Below, piece by piece: positions 9,646 to 19,452 of a stretch of DNA of 64,000 bases. The DNA is from Candidatus Binataceae bacterium. GTDB lineage: Bacteria; Desulfobacterota; Binatia; Binatales; Binataceae. Numbering within the stretch: the first letter of the stretch is position 1; every line of letters starts with the position of its first letter. A program made the position numbers and the translations under genes. The stretch is taken from positions 45,941 through 109,940 of the forward strand of contig JBEKJC010000005.1 of the NCBI GenBank assembly GCA_050011435.1, in the 5' to 3' direction. The notes below the pieces were generated by a model. That model worked only from the letters and a program-made list of their open reading frames with translations, did not search any database and had not been told where the DNA came from.

Positions 9646-11160
9646 CTACTGGCGCAGGATCACGCGGCGGTCGAGCAGCTTCGAGAGCAGGTCGGTGCGC
9701 CGCTCGCCGGTCCACAATTCGAGGTCGGCCTTATCACGATCCGAGGAGACCTCGACGATCATGCGCCCGGGCGAGTAGCGCACGTCGATGTTGCGGACGA
9801 CGCCGAAATGGCTGCGGTCCAGTGCGTCGGCCACGCGCAGGATTGCGGCCATTCCGCGTACGACCCGCCGCTTGCCTACGTTGAGCGCCTGCAATTCGGT
9901 CGAATCGAGGCTCGGCGCCTGCTTGCGATGGCCGCGGGCCGCCTGCGCGATAACCTCGATCTCGGGGGGCGCGAAGCCGAGCAGTTCGGCGTTTTTGATC
10001 AGGTAGTAGGAATGGCGATTGTGGCGGTCGTGATCGATTGCGTGTCCGACATCGTGAAGCAAGGCAGCGTATTCCAGCAGTTCGCGCGCGCTCGGCGGCA
10101 GGCCCAGCACCAAGGCGGTCTCATCGAAGAGCTTGAGGGCGAGCCGTGCGACCTGCTTGCCATGTTCGTTGGCGCCGCAAAACCGCTTGGCCAGCATCAT
10201 TATCGAGCGGCGGCGCGCTTCGGTCGCGGTGCGGCCCGAGGTGTTGCGCGCGAGGCCGAGCAACAAGCCTTCGCGCAGCGCCCAGGTACACGCGGTCAGT
10301 TCGGCGGCGCCCGACTTGCGCATGACGAAATCTGCGAGCATGCTGGCAGCCGGCATCAGGTCGGAGCGCTTGGCATCGATGCCCGGCAGATCGATGCGCA
10401 TGGCGGCGTTGGCCTCGCACAAATCGCGGGCGAGGCGCGCCACCTCGGCGGCCGAGGCACTCGCGCCGTGGAGCCGTCCCAACTCCTCGCCGCGCTGCGC
10501 TCGCGCCATCGCAACCAGCGTGTTGATCGTCCCGGACGTACCGATCGCGCTGACCACTTTGGCCTTGCGCGCCGCCCGCATCAGGTCGCCGATCTCCTCC
10601 TCGAAATGTTTCTCCAAGCGGCGCCGCTGTGCGCTCGTCGGGGGGTCGTCGGTCAGGAATTGTTCGCTCATGCGCGCGGCACCGAGCTTCACCGAATGCA
10701 TCCACAGCCGCCGCCCGTCTTTGACCAGCACCAGTTCGACACTGCCACCGCCGACGTCGACGAGCAAAAATGGACCACCTTCGAGGCCGAGCGCGTGGCG
10801 CGCTGCCTGAAAGATCAGCCGCGCCTCCTCCTGGCCGGAAATCACTTCGACCGGGATGCCGGTTTCTTTGCGGATGCGCCGGATGAACGCGATCCGATTG
10901 CGCGCTTCGCGCACGGCGCTGGTCGCCACCGCGTGCATCTTCTGCACGCGCCGCACCCTCAGCAGGCGCCGAAAGTTCATCAGGGCGCGCACCGCGAGGT
11001 CCATTGATTCTTCGGTGAGGCGTCCGGTGGTGAAGGATTTGCGGCCGAGCCGGACCATCTCCTTCACGCGGTCCACCACTTCGATATGCCCATCGCGATT
11101 CACGTCGGCGATGAGCATGTGGACGGAATTTGAACCGACATCGATCGCGGCAAGCCGCAT
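9646..11160 (-). CDS. ppx: exopolyphosphatase / guanosine pentaphosphate phosphohydrolase (Ppx/GppA family)
   Basis: N-terminal MRLAAIDVGSNSVHMLIA with the ASKHA motifs DVGGGS and EGGPFLLVDVGGGSVEL. C-terminal HD-like domain LLHDVGHAIDHDRHNRHSYYLI. Confidence 0.9.
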   Translation of the reverse strand: MRLAAIDVGSNSVHMLIADVNRDGHIEVVDRVKEMVRLGRKSFTTGRLTEESMDLAVRALMNFRRLLRVRRVQKMHAVATSAVREARNRIAFIRRIRKETGIPVEVISGQEEARLIFQAARHALGLEGGPFLLVDVGGGSVELVLVKDGRRLWMHSVKLGAARMSEQFLTDDPPTSAQRRRLEKHFEEEIGDLMRAARKAKVVSAIGTSGTINTLVAMARAQRGEELGRLHGASASAAEVARLARDLCEANAAMRIDLPGIDAKRSDLMPAASMLADFVMRKSGAAELTACTWALREGLLLGLARNTSGRTATEARRRSIMMLAKRFCGANEHGKQVARLALKLFDETALVLGLPPSARELLEYAALLHDVGHAIDHDRHNRHSYYLIKNAELLGFAPPEIEVIAQAARGHRKQAPSLDSTELQALNVGKRRVVRGMAAILRVADALDRSHFGVVRNIDVRYSPGRMIVEVSSDRDKADLELWTGERRTDLLSKLLDRRVILRQ

Positions 11161-11285
11161 GGCGTTAAGTGTAACCGAGGCTGGTGCCCGAATCATTCAT
11201 ACACTAACCATACCCTAACGAGTTAATTAACAGACGCGCGCGCGATCAATGGGGGAATATTAATAAATTGTTACGCGTGAAGATT

Positions 11286-12581
11286 TCAACCGAGGCGCAG
11301 TGCGATCAGCCAGCCGGCGCCGCAAGCCGCTATCATCGCGAGCGACGAGGCGAGGAAGCGCAGGCCCATCGGTGCGCCGCCGATCACCCACGCCATCGCC
11401 GACTTGAGCACCGTGTTGGAAATGCAGGCGAGTAGAATCGCGGCGATCGCAACCGCCGGCGTGACCATCTGAGCGCTCATGGCGGCGACCGACAGGCTGA
11501 CCGGAGTGGCGTCGACCAGGCCAGAAATTCCGGCCACGAGAAACAGCCCCGAAGCACCGGCCCACGCGCTCGCCGCGCGCGCGGCGACCATGATCACCGT
11601 CAGCATGGACGCGAAGCGAATCGCGGCGCCGAGATCGAGCGGATTGCTGGTCTTAACTTTTTCGCCGCCGGGGGCCGGGGTCTTTCCTTCGTTGCGTCCG
11701 CGGCGCTCGAGCATCAGCGCCGCGGCCGTCGCGACCAGGGTCGCGATTGCGATGGGCCACGCCAGGCGGATGCCGAGCACCGGATTGACCGCGAACACGA
11801 TGAGCATGATTCGCGGCCACATGATCGCGCTCGCGATGGTCGCGCCGGCGGCGAGCAGATTCGGCTCCGCGAGGCCCTGCGCCGCCCGCCGTGCGAGGCT
11901 CAGCGCCACCACGGTTGACGACACCAGTCCGCCGAACAAGCCGGTGACCAGGATGCCGCGCTCGGGGCCCATCAGGCGCGTCGAGAAATAACCGACGTAA
12001 GAGACCGCCGCGACCATCACGACCATCCACCAGATCAGGTACGGATTGATGGCAGACCATGGGCCGTAGCCGCGATTGGGAAGCACCGGGAGCATCACGA
12101 GCGAGATCAGGAGCAGGCGGAAGGTCGCGAGGAGCTCCTCGCGGTCGATTTTGCGGATGAGGCCGTGCAGTTCGGGGCGAAAGCCAAGTAGCGTCGCCAG
12201 CACCACCGCTGAAGAAGAAGCCGCCAGTAGTTCGCCGCTGCCGGCCAGCGCGCCAAGGCTGTAGGTCACCAGCGCGGTGACGGCGGTCGTCAGGCTCAGG
12301 TCGCGGTCGATTTCGGATTCGCGCCAATAGCCCACAGCGACGACCAATCCGAGTGCGATCGCCAGCCCCGCGATCAGCAGGCCGCCGTGAGTTCCGTCGA
12401 GCTGCGCGGTGACGCCGCCGAGCAGTCCAATCGCGCCAAACGTACGCAGACCGGCAGTCCGTTGCGCGGTCGGTAAATCTCGCCGCTCCCATCCGCGCTC
12501 CAAGCCGATCAGCAAGCCTATCGCGAGCGCGACCCCAAGCCGCATCAGGGCCGGCAACTGGTCAATTTGAACGGGCGCCAT
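11286..12581 (-). CDS. MgtC/SapB family plus DUF4010 membrane protein
   Basis: N-terminal LRLGVALAIGLLIGLERGW matches the MgtC signature. About 10 further TM segments. Confidence 0.65.
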   Translation of the reverse strand: MAPVQIDQLPALMRLGVALAIGLLIGLERGWERRDLPTAQRTAGLRTFGAIGLLGGVTAQLDGTHGGLLIAGLAIALGLVVAVGYWRESEIDRDLSLTTAVTALVTYSLGALAGSGELLAASSSAVVLATLLGFRPELHGLIRKIDREELLATFRLLLISLVMLPVLPNRGYGPWSAINPYLIWWMVVMVAAVSYVGYFSTRLMGPERGILVTGLFGGLVSSTVVALSLARRAAQGLAEPNLLAAGATIASAIMWPRIMLIVFAVNPVLGIRLAWPIAIATLVATAAALMLERRGRNEGKTPAPGGEKVKTSNPLDLGAAIRFASMLTVIMVAARAASAWAGASGLFLVAGISGLVDATPVSLSVAAMSAQMVTPAVAIAAILLACISNTVLKSAMAWVIGGAPMGLRFLASSLAMIAACGAGWLIALRLG

Positions 12582-12589
12582 CGCGTCCG

Positions 12590-13387
12590 CTAACGCCCCG
12601 GATAGCGCAAGGCCGGCAGAATTGTGAAGACGAGTTCGAGTAGAATCAGGAAGACGACGGTAATTTCCAGGAGCAGCAGACGGCGATCGCGCGCCACGTC
12701 AACCAGCAGCTCGAGCGATTCCTGAATCGAGCGCAGCTTCAACTCCAACGCCGCGTATCGATCGCGCAAATCGAATTCGCCCCGCAGGTCGTCGTAAATC
12801 CGGTCCATCGCGGGATCGTCCCACGCCTCATCGGGTTTATCGAGCAGGTGCAATACCGACAGCACCTCGGTGCGGGTGCCGATCGCTTCGCCGATGAAGC
12901 GATGCAGCGGGCGGGTGCGAAAGGGCACCGTGCCGCGGCGCTCCATGAAATCGATCAGGCTGCCGGTGCGCGCGAAGAGATCATCGACCAGGTTTTCGTA
13001 GTATTCCATGGCGGCGCTCTGCGCGACCGTCAACGCGACGATGCCGGCGCGGGCGGGCGTGAAGCGGTCGACCCGCAGGACGCCGTCCACGATGCCGATC
13101 TTGAAGGCCGGGTCCTCCGCCACGGTGTAATCTTCGCGCACGACCTTGGCCGTCAACTTGGGCATCGCGGTGTGCAGCCGCTGCAGCTCCGCATCGCGCT
13201 GATCGGGCGGAATGTCGTGAGTAACGATCGCGCCGAAGGGAAAGACATAAACCGCGCCGTTGGGTGCAATCGTATGGCGCAATTCACGCAGTGTCGCCCG
13301 TGCGCCGGGGAAATGCGGCGCGAGCCGCCGGAGGTTGAAATTCTCCTCGAAGGCGATCGCGTTAAACTGATGGAGTTGTGCGGCCAT
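12590..13387 (-). CDS. RMD1/DUF155 family protein with C-terminal TM helix
   Basis: 265 aa with a conserved DUF155-like core and a terminal hydrophobic segment LLLEITVVFLILLELVFTILP. Confidence 0.6.
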   Translation of the reverse strand: MAAQLHQFNAIAFEENFNLRRLAPHFPGARATLRELRHTIAPNGAVYVFPFGAIVTHDIPPDQRDAELQRLHTAMPKLTAKVVREDYTVAEDPAFKIGIVDGVLRVDRFTPARAGIVALTVAQSAAMEYYENLVDDLFARTGSLIDFMERRGTVPFRTRPLHRFIGEAIGTRTEVLSVLHLLDKPDEAWDDPAMDRIYDDLRGEFDLRDRYAALELKLRSIQESLELLVDVARDRRLLLLEITVVFLILLELVFTILPALRYPGR

Positions 13388-13563
13388 ACCAGCCGCAATC
13401 TAGTCGATTGCGGCAGCGCGCCCAAGCGGGTGCTGCGCGATGCGCGCGTCCACGGACAGTCGCGGCATGCGCGCTGCGGTCACGGCAGGCAAAAAAGCAG
13501 CGGGCGCCCAAGTGGACGCCCGCTGCGCTCGTTCAGTTCAGAGACTCGCTCAAGCCAGGGTCA

Positions 13564-15309
13564 TCAATGAAGGGCGAGACCCGGCAGCAGCGGCGTGTGT
13601 TCCACCTGCACGGCCTGCAGATCGTTCGGGTCGAGTCCGAGTGCCTCCAGGATGGTCGGCGCGACCTGGGCTGTCTGCACCGGGGTCGTTACCGTCGAGC
13701 TATGGAAGCTCGGGTTCGACACCAGCATGATTACGTTGACGTCGTCCTTCGCGAAGCCGCCATGCTCCGCGAGTTTCTTCTTACTGCCCGAATAGGTCAC
13801 GCCGATATTGGGAGTGACCAGGATATCCGGCGCGCGCGAATCTCCGGCATTGTAATACAAGGCGAGGGACGGGCCCGAGAAAATCTCGCCGATGCCCGCG
13901 ACGTTGTCGGCCAGCGGCGTCGCGGGAGACGCGGTCTCGAGCGTCGCGACAGCGTCGGCTGTGGTGCAACCCGTAGTTTGCGTGAGCCAGAGCAGGGAAA
14001 CATCGTCCTGAGTCGGTCCGATTGCGCTGTTTTCTGAAGCGTCCAGGCACGAAGTCAGGATTGTTGCGGGATCGGTGGAGATGCCGGGCAATTTCTCCTT
14101 GTTATAGCGGCTGGAATCGACCGGTGACTGCCCGTGTTTAGCGGTGATGATGATCAGGGTCGAATCGATCAGATGCTGCGCCTTCAGTGCTGCGACCATC
14201 TGACCTATCTCAGTATCGACGAACTCGATCTCATTCTTCAGCGAAAGCGATGGCGTTCCGATCGAATCGGTGTAACCGCCGGATTGGCTGTAGCCGGTTG
14301 CGACCGTGCCGTGCTGGTAGATCAACTTCTCGCCGATGCTGACCGCCTGGAAGTTCATGCCGAAGATGGCAGGCACGGGCGCGGCGGCGGTGCCAAGGTG
14401 GTTCTTGCCGTCGATCTCGTTGATGATGGCGTTGGCCTTGAGGCCGTCATAGCACTGGATGTTCTGGAAACTCCCGGTGTAGTCATCGCCCGCGGATACG
14501 GCGAGTTGGTCCGGCAGCGGGTTGCAACCGGGGATGATCAGTTTCGTCGGCGCCTCGGAGGCAAAGTTCGCGGAATCCGAGTTTATTTCCGGCGAATAGT
14601 AGTCGTCAACATTACTATCTGAAGTGGTCCCGGTGGGGCCGCCGACGGACGAATACGACGCATGCTTGTCGGACCACGCCGTGTAACCTTTCGCAGCGTG
14701 GATAACTCCGTAAATGGTGTTCTCGCGGATGAAATTCCACGGATAGACCGGATTGCAATTCTTGTCGCGGACCAGCTTCATCGGATCAATGCCGTTGATT
14801 CCGCCGCCGTTGCCGCTCGTGTCGCCACCGGTGAGCAGCGATTGATTAAGTTCGATGCCCTCGTCGTATTCGGTGGTCGTACCGGACGGGGTTCCTCCAG
14901 CCGTACAAAGGCCGCCCGGGTTACCGTTACCCGACGTGATCTCCGACGGATTGAGCGCACGGTCGTAAGCGACGTCATAGTTGACGCCCATCGTGCGCGG
15001 CGAACCGCCGGTCATCAGTGCCATCAAGCCGGGGAAGGAATCCGACGGCTTCGAGGTTGACGTGTCCAGATAATTGACGCCGTTCGTACCCAGCGCCTTC
15101 AGGTTCGGGCAATAGCCGCCCGCGGCGCAGTTCAGGTAATCGAGCGCATGCATGCCGTCAACGCTGATCAACAGAACGTGACTGATGCCGTGGCCGTGGC
15201 CGAGATGCGGGTCGGCGAACACCTTTGGCGCCGCCCCCACCGCGAGCGCAAGCGCGCCAATCGCGACGCCTGCCCGCAGTTTCCGAGAATGTGATTTTAG
15301 TTTTTTCAC
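13564..15309 (-). CDS. secreted alkaline-phosphatase-superfamily enzyme (nucleotide pyrophosphatase/phosphodiesterase-like) with Gly/Thr/Ser-rich insert
   Basis: Signal peptide MKKLKSHSRKLRAGVAIGALALAVGAA. The NPP-type metal-site motif HVLLISVDGMHALDYL. GTG start at 15309 with GGAGG 9 nt upstream. Confidence 0.7.
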   Translation of the reverse strand: MKKLKSHSRKLRAGVAIGALALAVGAAPKVFADPHLGHGHGISHVLLISVDGMHALDYLNCAAGGYCPNLKALGTNGVNYLDTSTSKPSDSFPGLMALMTGGSPRTMGVNYDVAYDRALNPSEITSGNGNPGGLCTAGGTPSGTTTEYDEGIELNQSLLTGGDTSGNGGGINGIDPMKLVRDKNCNPVYPWNFIRENTIYGVIHAAKGYTAWSDKHASYSSVGGPTGTTSDSNVDDYYSPEINSDSANFASEAPTKLIIPGCNPLPDQLAVSAGDDYTGSFQNIQCYDGLKANAIINEIDGKNHLGTAAAPVPAIFGMNFQAVSIGEKLIYQHGTVATGYSQSGGYTDSIGTPSLSLKNEIEFVDTEIGQMVAALKAQHLIDSTLIIITAKHGQSPVDSSRYNKEKLPGISTDPATILTSCLDASENSAIGPTQDDVSLLWLTQTTGCTTADAVATLETASPATPLADNVAGIGEIFSGPSLALYYNAGDSRAPDILVTPNIGVTYSGSKKKLAEHGGFAKDDVNVIMLVSNPSFHSSTVTTPVQTAQVAPTILEALGLDPNDLQAVQVEHTPLLPGLALH

Positions 15310-15583
15310 CAGTCGAGAGACCTCCTCCCAGAGGATTGAAAAGTTAGTACGACTGCGGAGGCTACCGACTGAATTTGTCCGCACCGGCAACGGCGAGTTA
15401 AAAGGAGATTAATTGCCGCTTATGTGTGTGTTGCGCAAAGGTGATCGCGAATACCGTTGGTGGCGGGCGCGCGGTCATCGGTGCGAGTGACCGCGGGCGT
15501 CGACTTGAGAGGAAGCGAAGTGCAGAAAGATCGTATGCGCCGGGCGGGCGCTCAACCTGATATACCGAAGGCCCGCTCGAGTT

Positions 15584-16681
15584 CTATTTCGTCGATACGC
15601 CGGAGGATTGCGCCGAACCATCGGCAGGCGAAGTTGACGACGTCCCCGATGATGCGTCAGTGGAAGCGGTCGCCGCTACGTCCTTTGCTGCGGCTGCCGC
15701 CGGTTTGGTAACGGCGGATTGCGCGGATTTGGCTCGTGGAGCAGACGTAGGCTTCGGTAAAGCGGCTGGCGCGGGTTTGGACATTGCGATCGAAGCAGGC
15801 CTTGATGCGGAGGTCACGGGCTGCGAGGCCATCCGCGACAGCGGTTTGCTCGGCGCCTTCGATTGCGACTTCACCGGCGGCGGCACGGATTTGGCCGCGG
15901 GCTTCGGCGCGGGCGCGGACTTCGCGGCCGCCTGGTGGGCGTCGCGCCACAAGGCAATTCCACCCAGCAGCCCATCCTCGTTGCTGATAATTCGAACTCC
16001 CGCGGGGAGCTTGAAAGTCACCAATCGACTGTTGCCGCCGCCGATATACAATCGATCGTAATTGAAAGTCGCCTGGAGTTCGGCGATTGCCTCCTGCAGC
16101 AACTTGCTCCATTTCTTGCGCCCCTTCTTCTCGAGCGCACGTTCACCGAGTTCATCCTCATAAGTCTTGCCGTCATGAAACGGATGATGCCCCAGTTCGA
16201 GATGCACCCGCGTGCCGTCGGCGAACAGCACCGAGCCGAACCCGGTTCCGAGCGTGATCACCAACTCAAGACCGTGGCCAGTGGCGCAGCCGAGTCCCTG
16301 GATGTCGGCGTCGTTGGCGAGGCGCACCGGTTTCTTCAGCTTGAGCTCGAGCGCACGGCGGAGATCGAAGCCGACCCAGCCCTTGCCGAGATTGGGAGCG
16401 CTGTAAACCATCCCGTGCTTGACCACCCCGGGAAATCCCATCGAGACGCGGTCGAAACCGGGTTGGGCCTTGGCCAGCTTGCGGACGATTTCGATTATGT
16501 CCTTGGGCCGCGCACGCCTGGGCGTAGCGATACGGGTGCGTTCGTTCAGGGGCTTGCCGGCCGGATCGAGTGTCAGCGCCTTGATTCCGGTGCCACCGAT
16601 ATCGACTGCGAGCGTGCGCGGCGTTTTCACGGATTTCTTGCCGGCGGAATCGACAGCCGGTTTTGCGTTGCTCTTTTTCAT
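15584..16681 (-). CDS. ppgK: ROK-family polyphosphate glucokinase with ~130-aa Ala/Pro/Ser-rich C-terminal extension
   Basis: LAVDIGGTGIK, LANDADIQGLGC and HLELGHHPF are ROK/PPGK motifs. GAGGAG lies 7 nt before ATG 16681. The tail is low-complexity (PAPKPAAKSVPPPVKSQSKAP...). Confidence 0.75.
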   Translation of the reverse strand: MKKSNAKPAVDSAGKKSVKTPRTLAVDIGGTGIKALTLDPAGKPLNERTRIATPRRARPKDIIEIVRKLAKAQPGFDRVSMGFPGVVKHGMVYSAPNLGKGWVGFDLRRALELKLKKPVRLANDADIQGLGCATGHGLELVITLGTGFGSVLFADGTRVHLELGHHPFHDGKTYEDELGERALEKKGRKKWSKLLQEAIAELQATFNYDRLYIGGGNSRLVTFKLPAGVRIISNEDGLLGGIALWRDAHQAAAKSAPAPKPAAKSVPPPVKSQSKAPSKPLSRMASQPVTSASRPASIAMSKPAPAALPKPTSAPRAKSAQSAVTKPAAAAAKDVAATASTDASSGTSSTSPADGSAQSSGVSTK

Positions 16682-16854
16682 GGTGGCGACGCTCCTCTCA
16701 TTGTGGCGGCAAGTCCCCTTCAGCCAGCCGGAAATCGCGCTATCCGTGGCGCGCCATGGGAGCTTCGTTGTACCCCTACCCGGTCCGCCCCGCACGCAAT
16801 CGACTTCAACTGAAATGCGCCCTTTGACCGCAGGCAGTCAATCGGCCTTCATGC

Positions 16855-17679
16855 TCACGCGACGATCCGCTCCGGATGCGTGTAAATGTTGAAGTTGGGC
16901 TCGCGCAGGAATCCCACCAGCGTCATCCCGAGGTCGTCGGCCAACTCGACCGCCAGCGATGACGGCGCCGATACCGCGCACAAAATCGGCACGCCTGCGG
17001 CAGCCGCCTTTTGCACGATCTCGAAACTGAGCCGTCCGCTCACCATCAGGGCGTGACGCGCGAGCGGAAGCAGATCTCGCGCGAGCGCAAAGCCGACCAC
17101 CTTGTCGACCGCATTATGGCGGCCCACGTCCTCACGCAGGACGATCAGCGTTGGCGTGTCCATGCTTTCGAGCGCGAACAGAGCCGCCGCATGCAAGCCG
17201 CCGGTCGCGGCAAAGACCGCCTGCGCCTCGCGCATCATCGCGGGCAGGCGGAGCAGCGCCGGCGGCGCGATTGCGGCCGTGCTGGTGATCGGCGCAATCC
17301 GCCGCTCGATCGCTTCGATACTGGTCTTGCCGCAGATGCCGCAACTCGACGAGACCACGAAGTTGCGCTGCATCCGTTCGCGCAATCCGGCCGCGGGAAC
17401 ATTGAGGATGACGTCGATCGCGTTGGGGTCCGGGGCGCCTTTGGAATCGCGCAAGCGGCGAATCTCGCCGAGTTCGCCACGTGCGTTCACGAAGCCCTCC
17501 GCCATCAGGAAGCCGGCCGCGAGTTCCTCGTCATGGCCGGGCGTGCGCATCGTCAGCGTGAAGCGACGGCCGGCGAGGCGAATTTCGAGCGGCTCCTCGA
17601 CCGCGAGCCGGTCGGCTGCTTCGCACAGGGCGCCATTGCGCCATTTGAAGGCAGGCCGCAGCTTTACGGATTCGCTCAT
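16855..17679 (-). CDS. fdhD: formate dehydrogenase accessory sulfurtransferase FdhD
   Basis: The conserved SSCGICG motif and the overall FdhD layout. Confidence 0.85.
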   Translation of the reverse strand: MSESVKLRPAFKWRNGALCEAADRLAVEEPLEIRLAGRRFTLTMRTPGHDEELAAGFLMAEGFVNARGELGEIRRLRDSKGAPDPNAIDVILNVPAAGLRERMQRNFVVSSSCGICGKTSIEAIERRIAPITSTAAIAPPALLRLPAMMREAQAVFAATGGLHAAALFALESMDTPTLIVLREDVGRHNAVDKVVGFALARDLLPLARHALMVSGRLSFEIVQKAAAAGVPILCAVSAPSSLAVELADDLGMTLVGFLREPNFNIYTHPERIVA

Positions 17680-17688
17680 CGCGACCGG

Positions 17689-18561
17689 CTATGCGATCCA
17701 CGCCTTGGCCATCGTCTCGAGCTCATGCTCGTACTCGTTGGGCCCGAGCTTCTCCGGGAACAGGATCAGCCGATGCGCCCCAGCCTCCTGGTAAGCCGCG
17801 ATCGTCCGCTTCGGATCACCGCCCTGCGTCACGGGCGCATATATCGTGATTTCGAGCTTGCTGAAGTCGCGGCCTGCCTCGGCGCACATCTTCTTGAGCT
17901 TCACGAGCTCCGCCACCAGCTGCTCCGGCGGGACCCCGAGCGGCGCCCAGCCGTCGCCAATCGCGACCGTGTCCCGCAGCGCGCGCTCCATGCTCGGACC
18001 GATGCCGCCCGCGCCGACGTGGACCGGCGGATGCGGTTTGCGCGCGGGCTTGGGATTGCTTTTGACCGCGGGGAACTTGATGAACTCGCCGTCGAACGAG
18101 GCTTCGGGCTTGGTCCACAGCTCCTTCATCGCGTTGACGTACTCACGCGTGATCGCCCAGCGCCGTTTGAAATCGACGCCCATGATTTCGCTTTCATCGC
18201 GCAGCCAGCCCGCACCGATTCCGAAGATGAAGCGGCCGCCCGAGTAATGGTCGAGCGTCGCGATCACTTTCGCCAGGATCAGCGGGCTGCGCTCGGGCAC
18301 GAGGCAGATGCCGGTGCCGAGGCCGATGCGCGTGGTCGCAGCCGCCGCCAGCGTCAGGCCGACGAACGGATCGATCATGTGCGCGTATGGCTCCGGAATC
18401 TCGCCGTCGGGCGACAGCGGATACCGCGTTTTGTGCTTCACCGGCAGAATCGGATGCTCGGGCAGGTAGAAAGATTCGAAGCCGAGCGCCTCGCACTTTT
18501 TGGCGACGGCGGCGGGATCGGCGGTGTAGGTTGCAACGAATGCCAGGACTCCAATTTTCAT
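17689..18561 (-). CDS. LLM-class F420-dependent oxidoreductase (luciferase-like monooxygenase family)
   Basis: MKIGVLAFVATY..., FYLPEHP, GIGAGW and a TIM-barrel LLM signature. Confidence 0.8.
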   Translation of the reverse strand: MKIGVLAFVATYTADPAAVAKKCEALGFESFYLPEHPILPVKHKTRYPLSPDGEIPEPYAHMIDPFVGLTLAAAATTRIGLGTGICLVPERSPLILAKVIATLDHYSGGRFIFGIGAGWLRDESEIMGVDFKRRWAITREYVNAMKELWTKPEASFDGEFIKFPAVKSNPKPARKPHPPVHVGAGGIGPSMERALRDTVAIGDGWAPLGVPPEQLVAELVKLKKMCAEAGRDFSKLEITIYAPVTQGGDPKRTIAAYQEAGAHRLILFPEKLGPNEYEHELETMAKAWIA

Positions 18562-18788
18562 TTTGCATTCCTCTCTGTTTCAGTGATTGACGCTTTTTTC
18601 AGTGCTGGACGCTCGCGATGGCTCGGATAGGGGGCTAAGTTCTGCGGTAACAGAAAGCGCGAGCGATTTGAGACTTGTACGCGGTTTTTTCTCAAATTTC
18701 ACCATCAATCAGTGCGCTGGCGCTCACAGCCCCCGGGGGCTTGGCCGGCTGCCCGAGCATCGCGAGCGTCAATCCCACGATGGGAAGT

Positions 18789-18810
18789 TTGAAACCTTGT
18801 AAGGTTTCAA
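18789..18810. promoter_or_regulatory. palindrome TTGAAACC-N6-GGTTTCAA (copy A), ~230 bp upstream of the LLM start
   Basis: Perfect 8-bp arms. One of three related palindromes upstream of consecutive minus-strand units. Confidence 0.4.
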
Positions 18811-18865
18811 CGCCCGAAAGAAATCATAGTTTTGCGTTCTTCAACAACTCTCTTCTCGCTCTGCC

Positions 18866-19267
18866 TCAGGTCAGGAAGACTTCGCGAATCAGGTTGGTGT
18901 CGTTGTATTCGCGTCCCTCGGCGATCAGGTCGCCCTCGAAACGCAGGAAGAAATTGTAGCGTTGGCGATAGCGGCGCCCGTTCATCGCGGTCGTATCTGC
19001 CTCCGCGGTGGCAGCGACGAAGTCCCCCTCGGCAATCACCGTCTCGAGCCGCAGTTTGAGGCCCTCCGGGAACAGCCGCTTGAGGAGCGTGCATTCGGTC
19101 ATCGCGAAATTCTTGCGCCCCTCGATCGGCGGAAACTCGCGCAGCGCCGAAACGATCTCGAAGCGAAAATTCTCGGCAATCAGATCCTCGAAGACCGCCG
19201 GGTCGACCGCGTTTAGGTTTTCGAGAAATCTGATCGCGCGTAGCTTTTGTTCGGCTAGTGTCACCAT
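18866..19267 (-). CDS. NTF2-like / SnoaL-like small protein
   Basis: ~133 aa with an NTF2-fold-like composition. The start was chosen at MVTLAEQ. An alternative start at 19324 would place the upstream repeat inside the coding sequence. Confidence 0.5.
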   Translation of the reverse strand: MVTLAEQKLRAIRFLENLNAVDPAVFEDLIAENFRFEIVSALREFPPIEGRKNFAMTECTLLKRLFPEGLKLRLETVIAEGDFVAATAEADTTAMNGRRYRQRYNFFLRFEGDLIAEGREYNDTNLIREVFLT

Positions 19268-19375
19268 GATTGACGCTCGCGATGCTCGATACGTGGCTAA
19301 GTCTTGCTTAAGGGTCGCATGCACTTGGCACGGCCGTCGAGATCATATGCGCTCCCTCTTCCAGCAATGGGGAGT

Positions 19376-19397
19376 CTGAAACCTCGTGAGGTTTCAG
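19376..19397. promoter_or_regulatory. palindrome CTGAAACC-N6-GGTTTCAG (copy B), ~110 bp upstream of the NTF2-like gene
   Basis: Perfect 8-bp arms. The surrounding ~85 bp is similar to copy A. Confidence 0.4.
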
Positions 19398-19452
19398 TAA
19401 ACTATAGGTTTTGCGCTCCGCAACCACCCTCCCCGCTCTTTCGGTCCGTGCC

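Noticed and set aside
19268-19400. Possible sigma-54 (-24 TGGCAC / -12 TTGC) promoters between the TGAAACC palindromes and the downstream genes, which would make the palindromes NtrC-type UAS sites
   Set aside because: The best candidates (TTGGCACggccgTCGAG on the plus strand; TGGAAGAGGGAGCGCA on the minus strand) conserve only the GG/GC dinucleotides or have the wrong -12 element. No convincing match was found in copies A or C.
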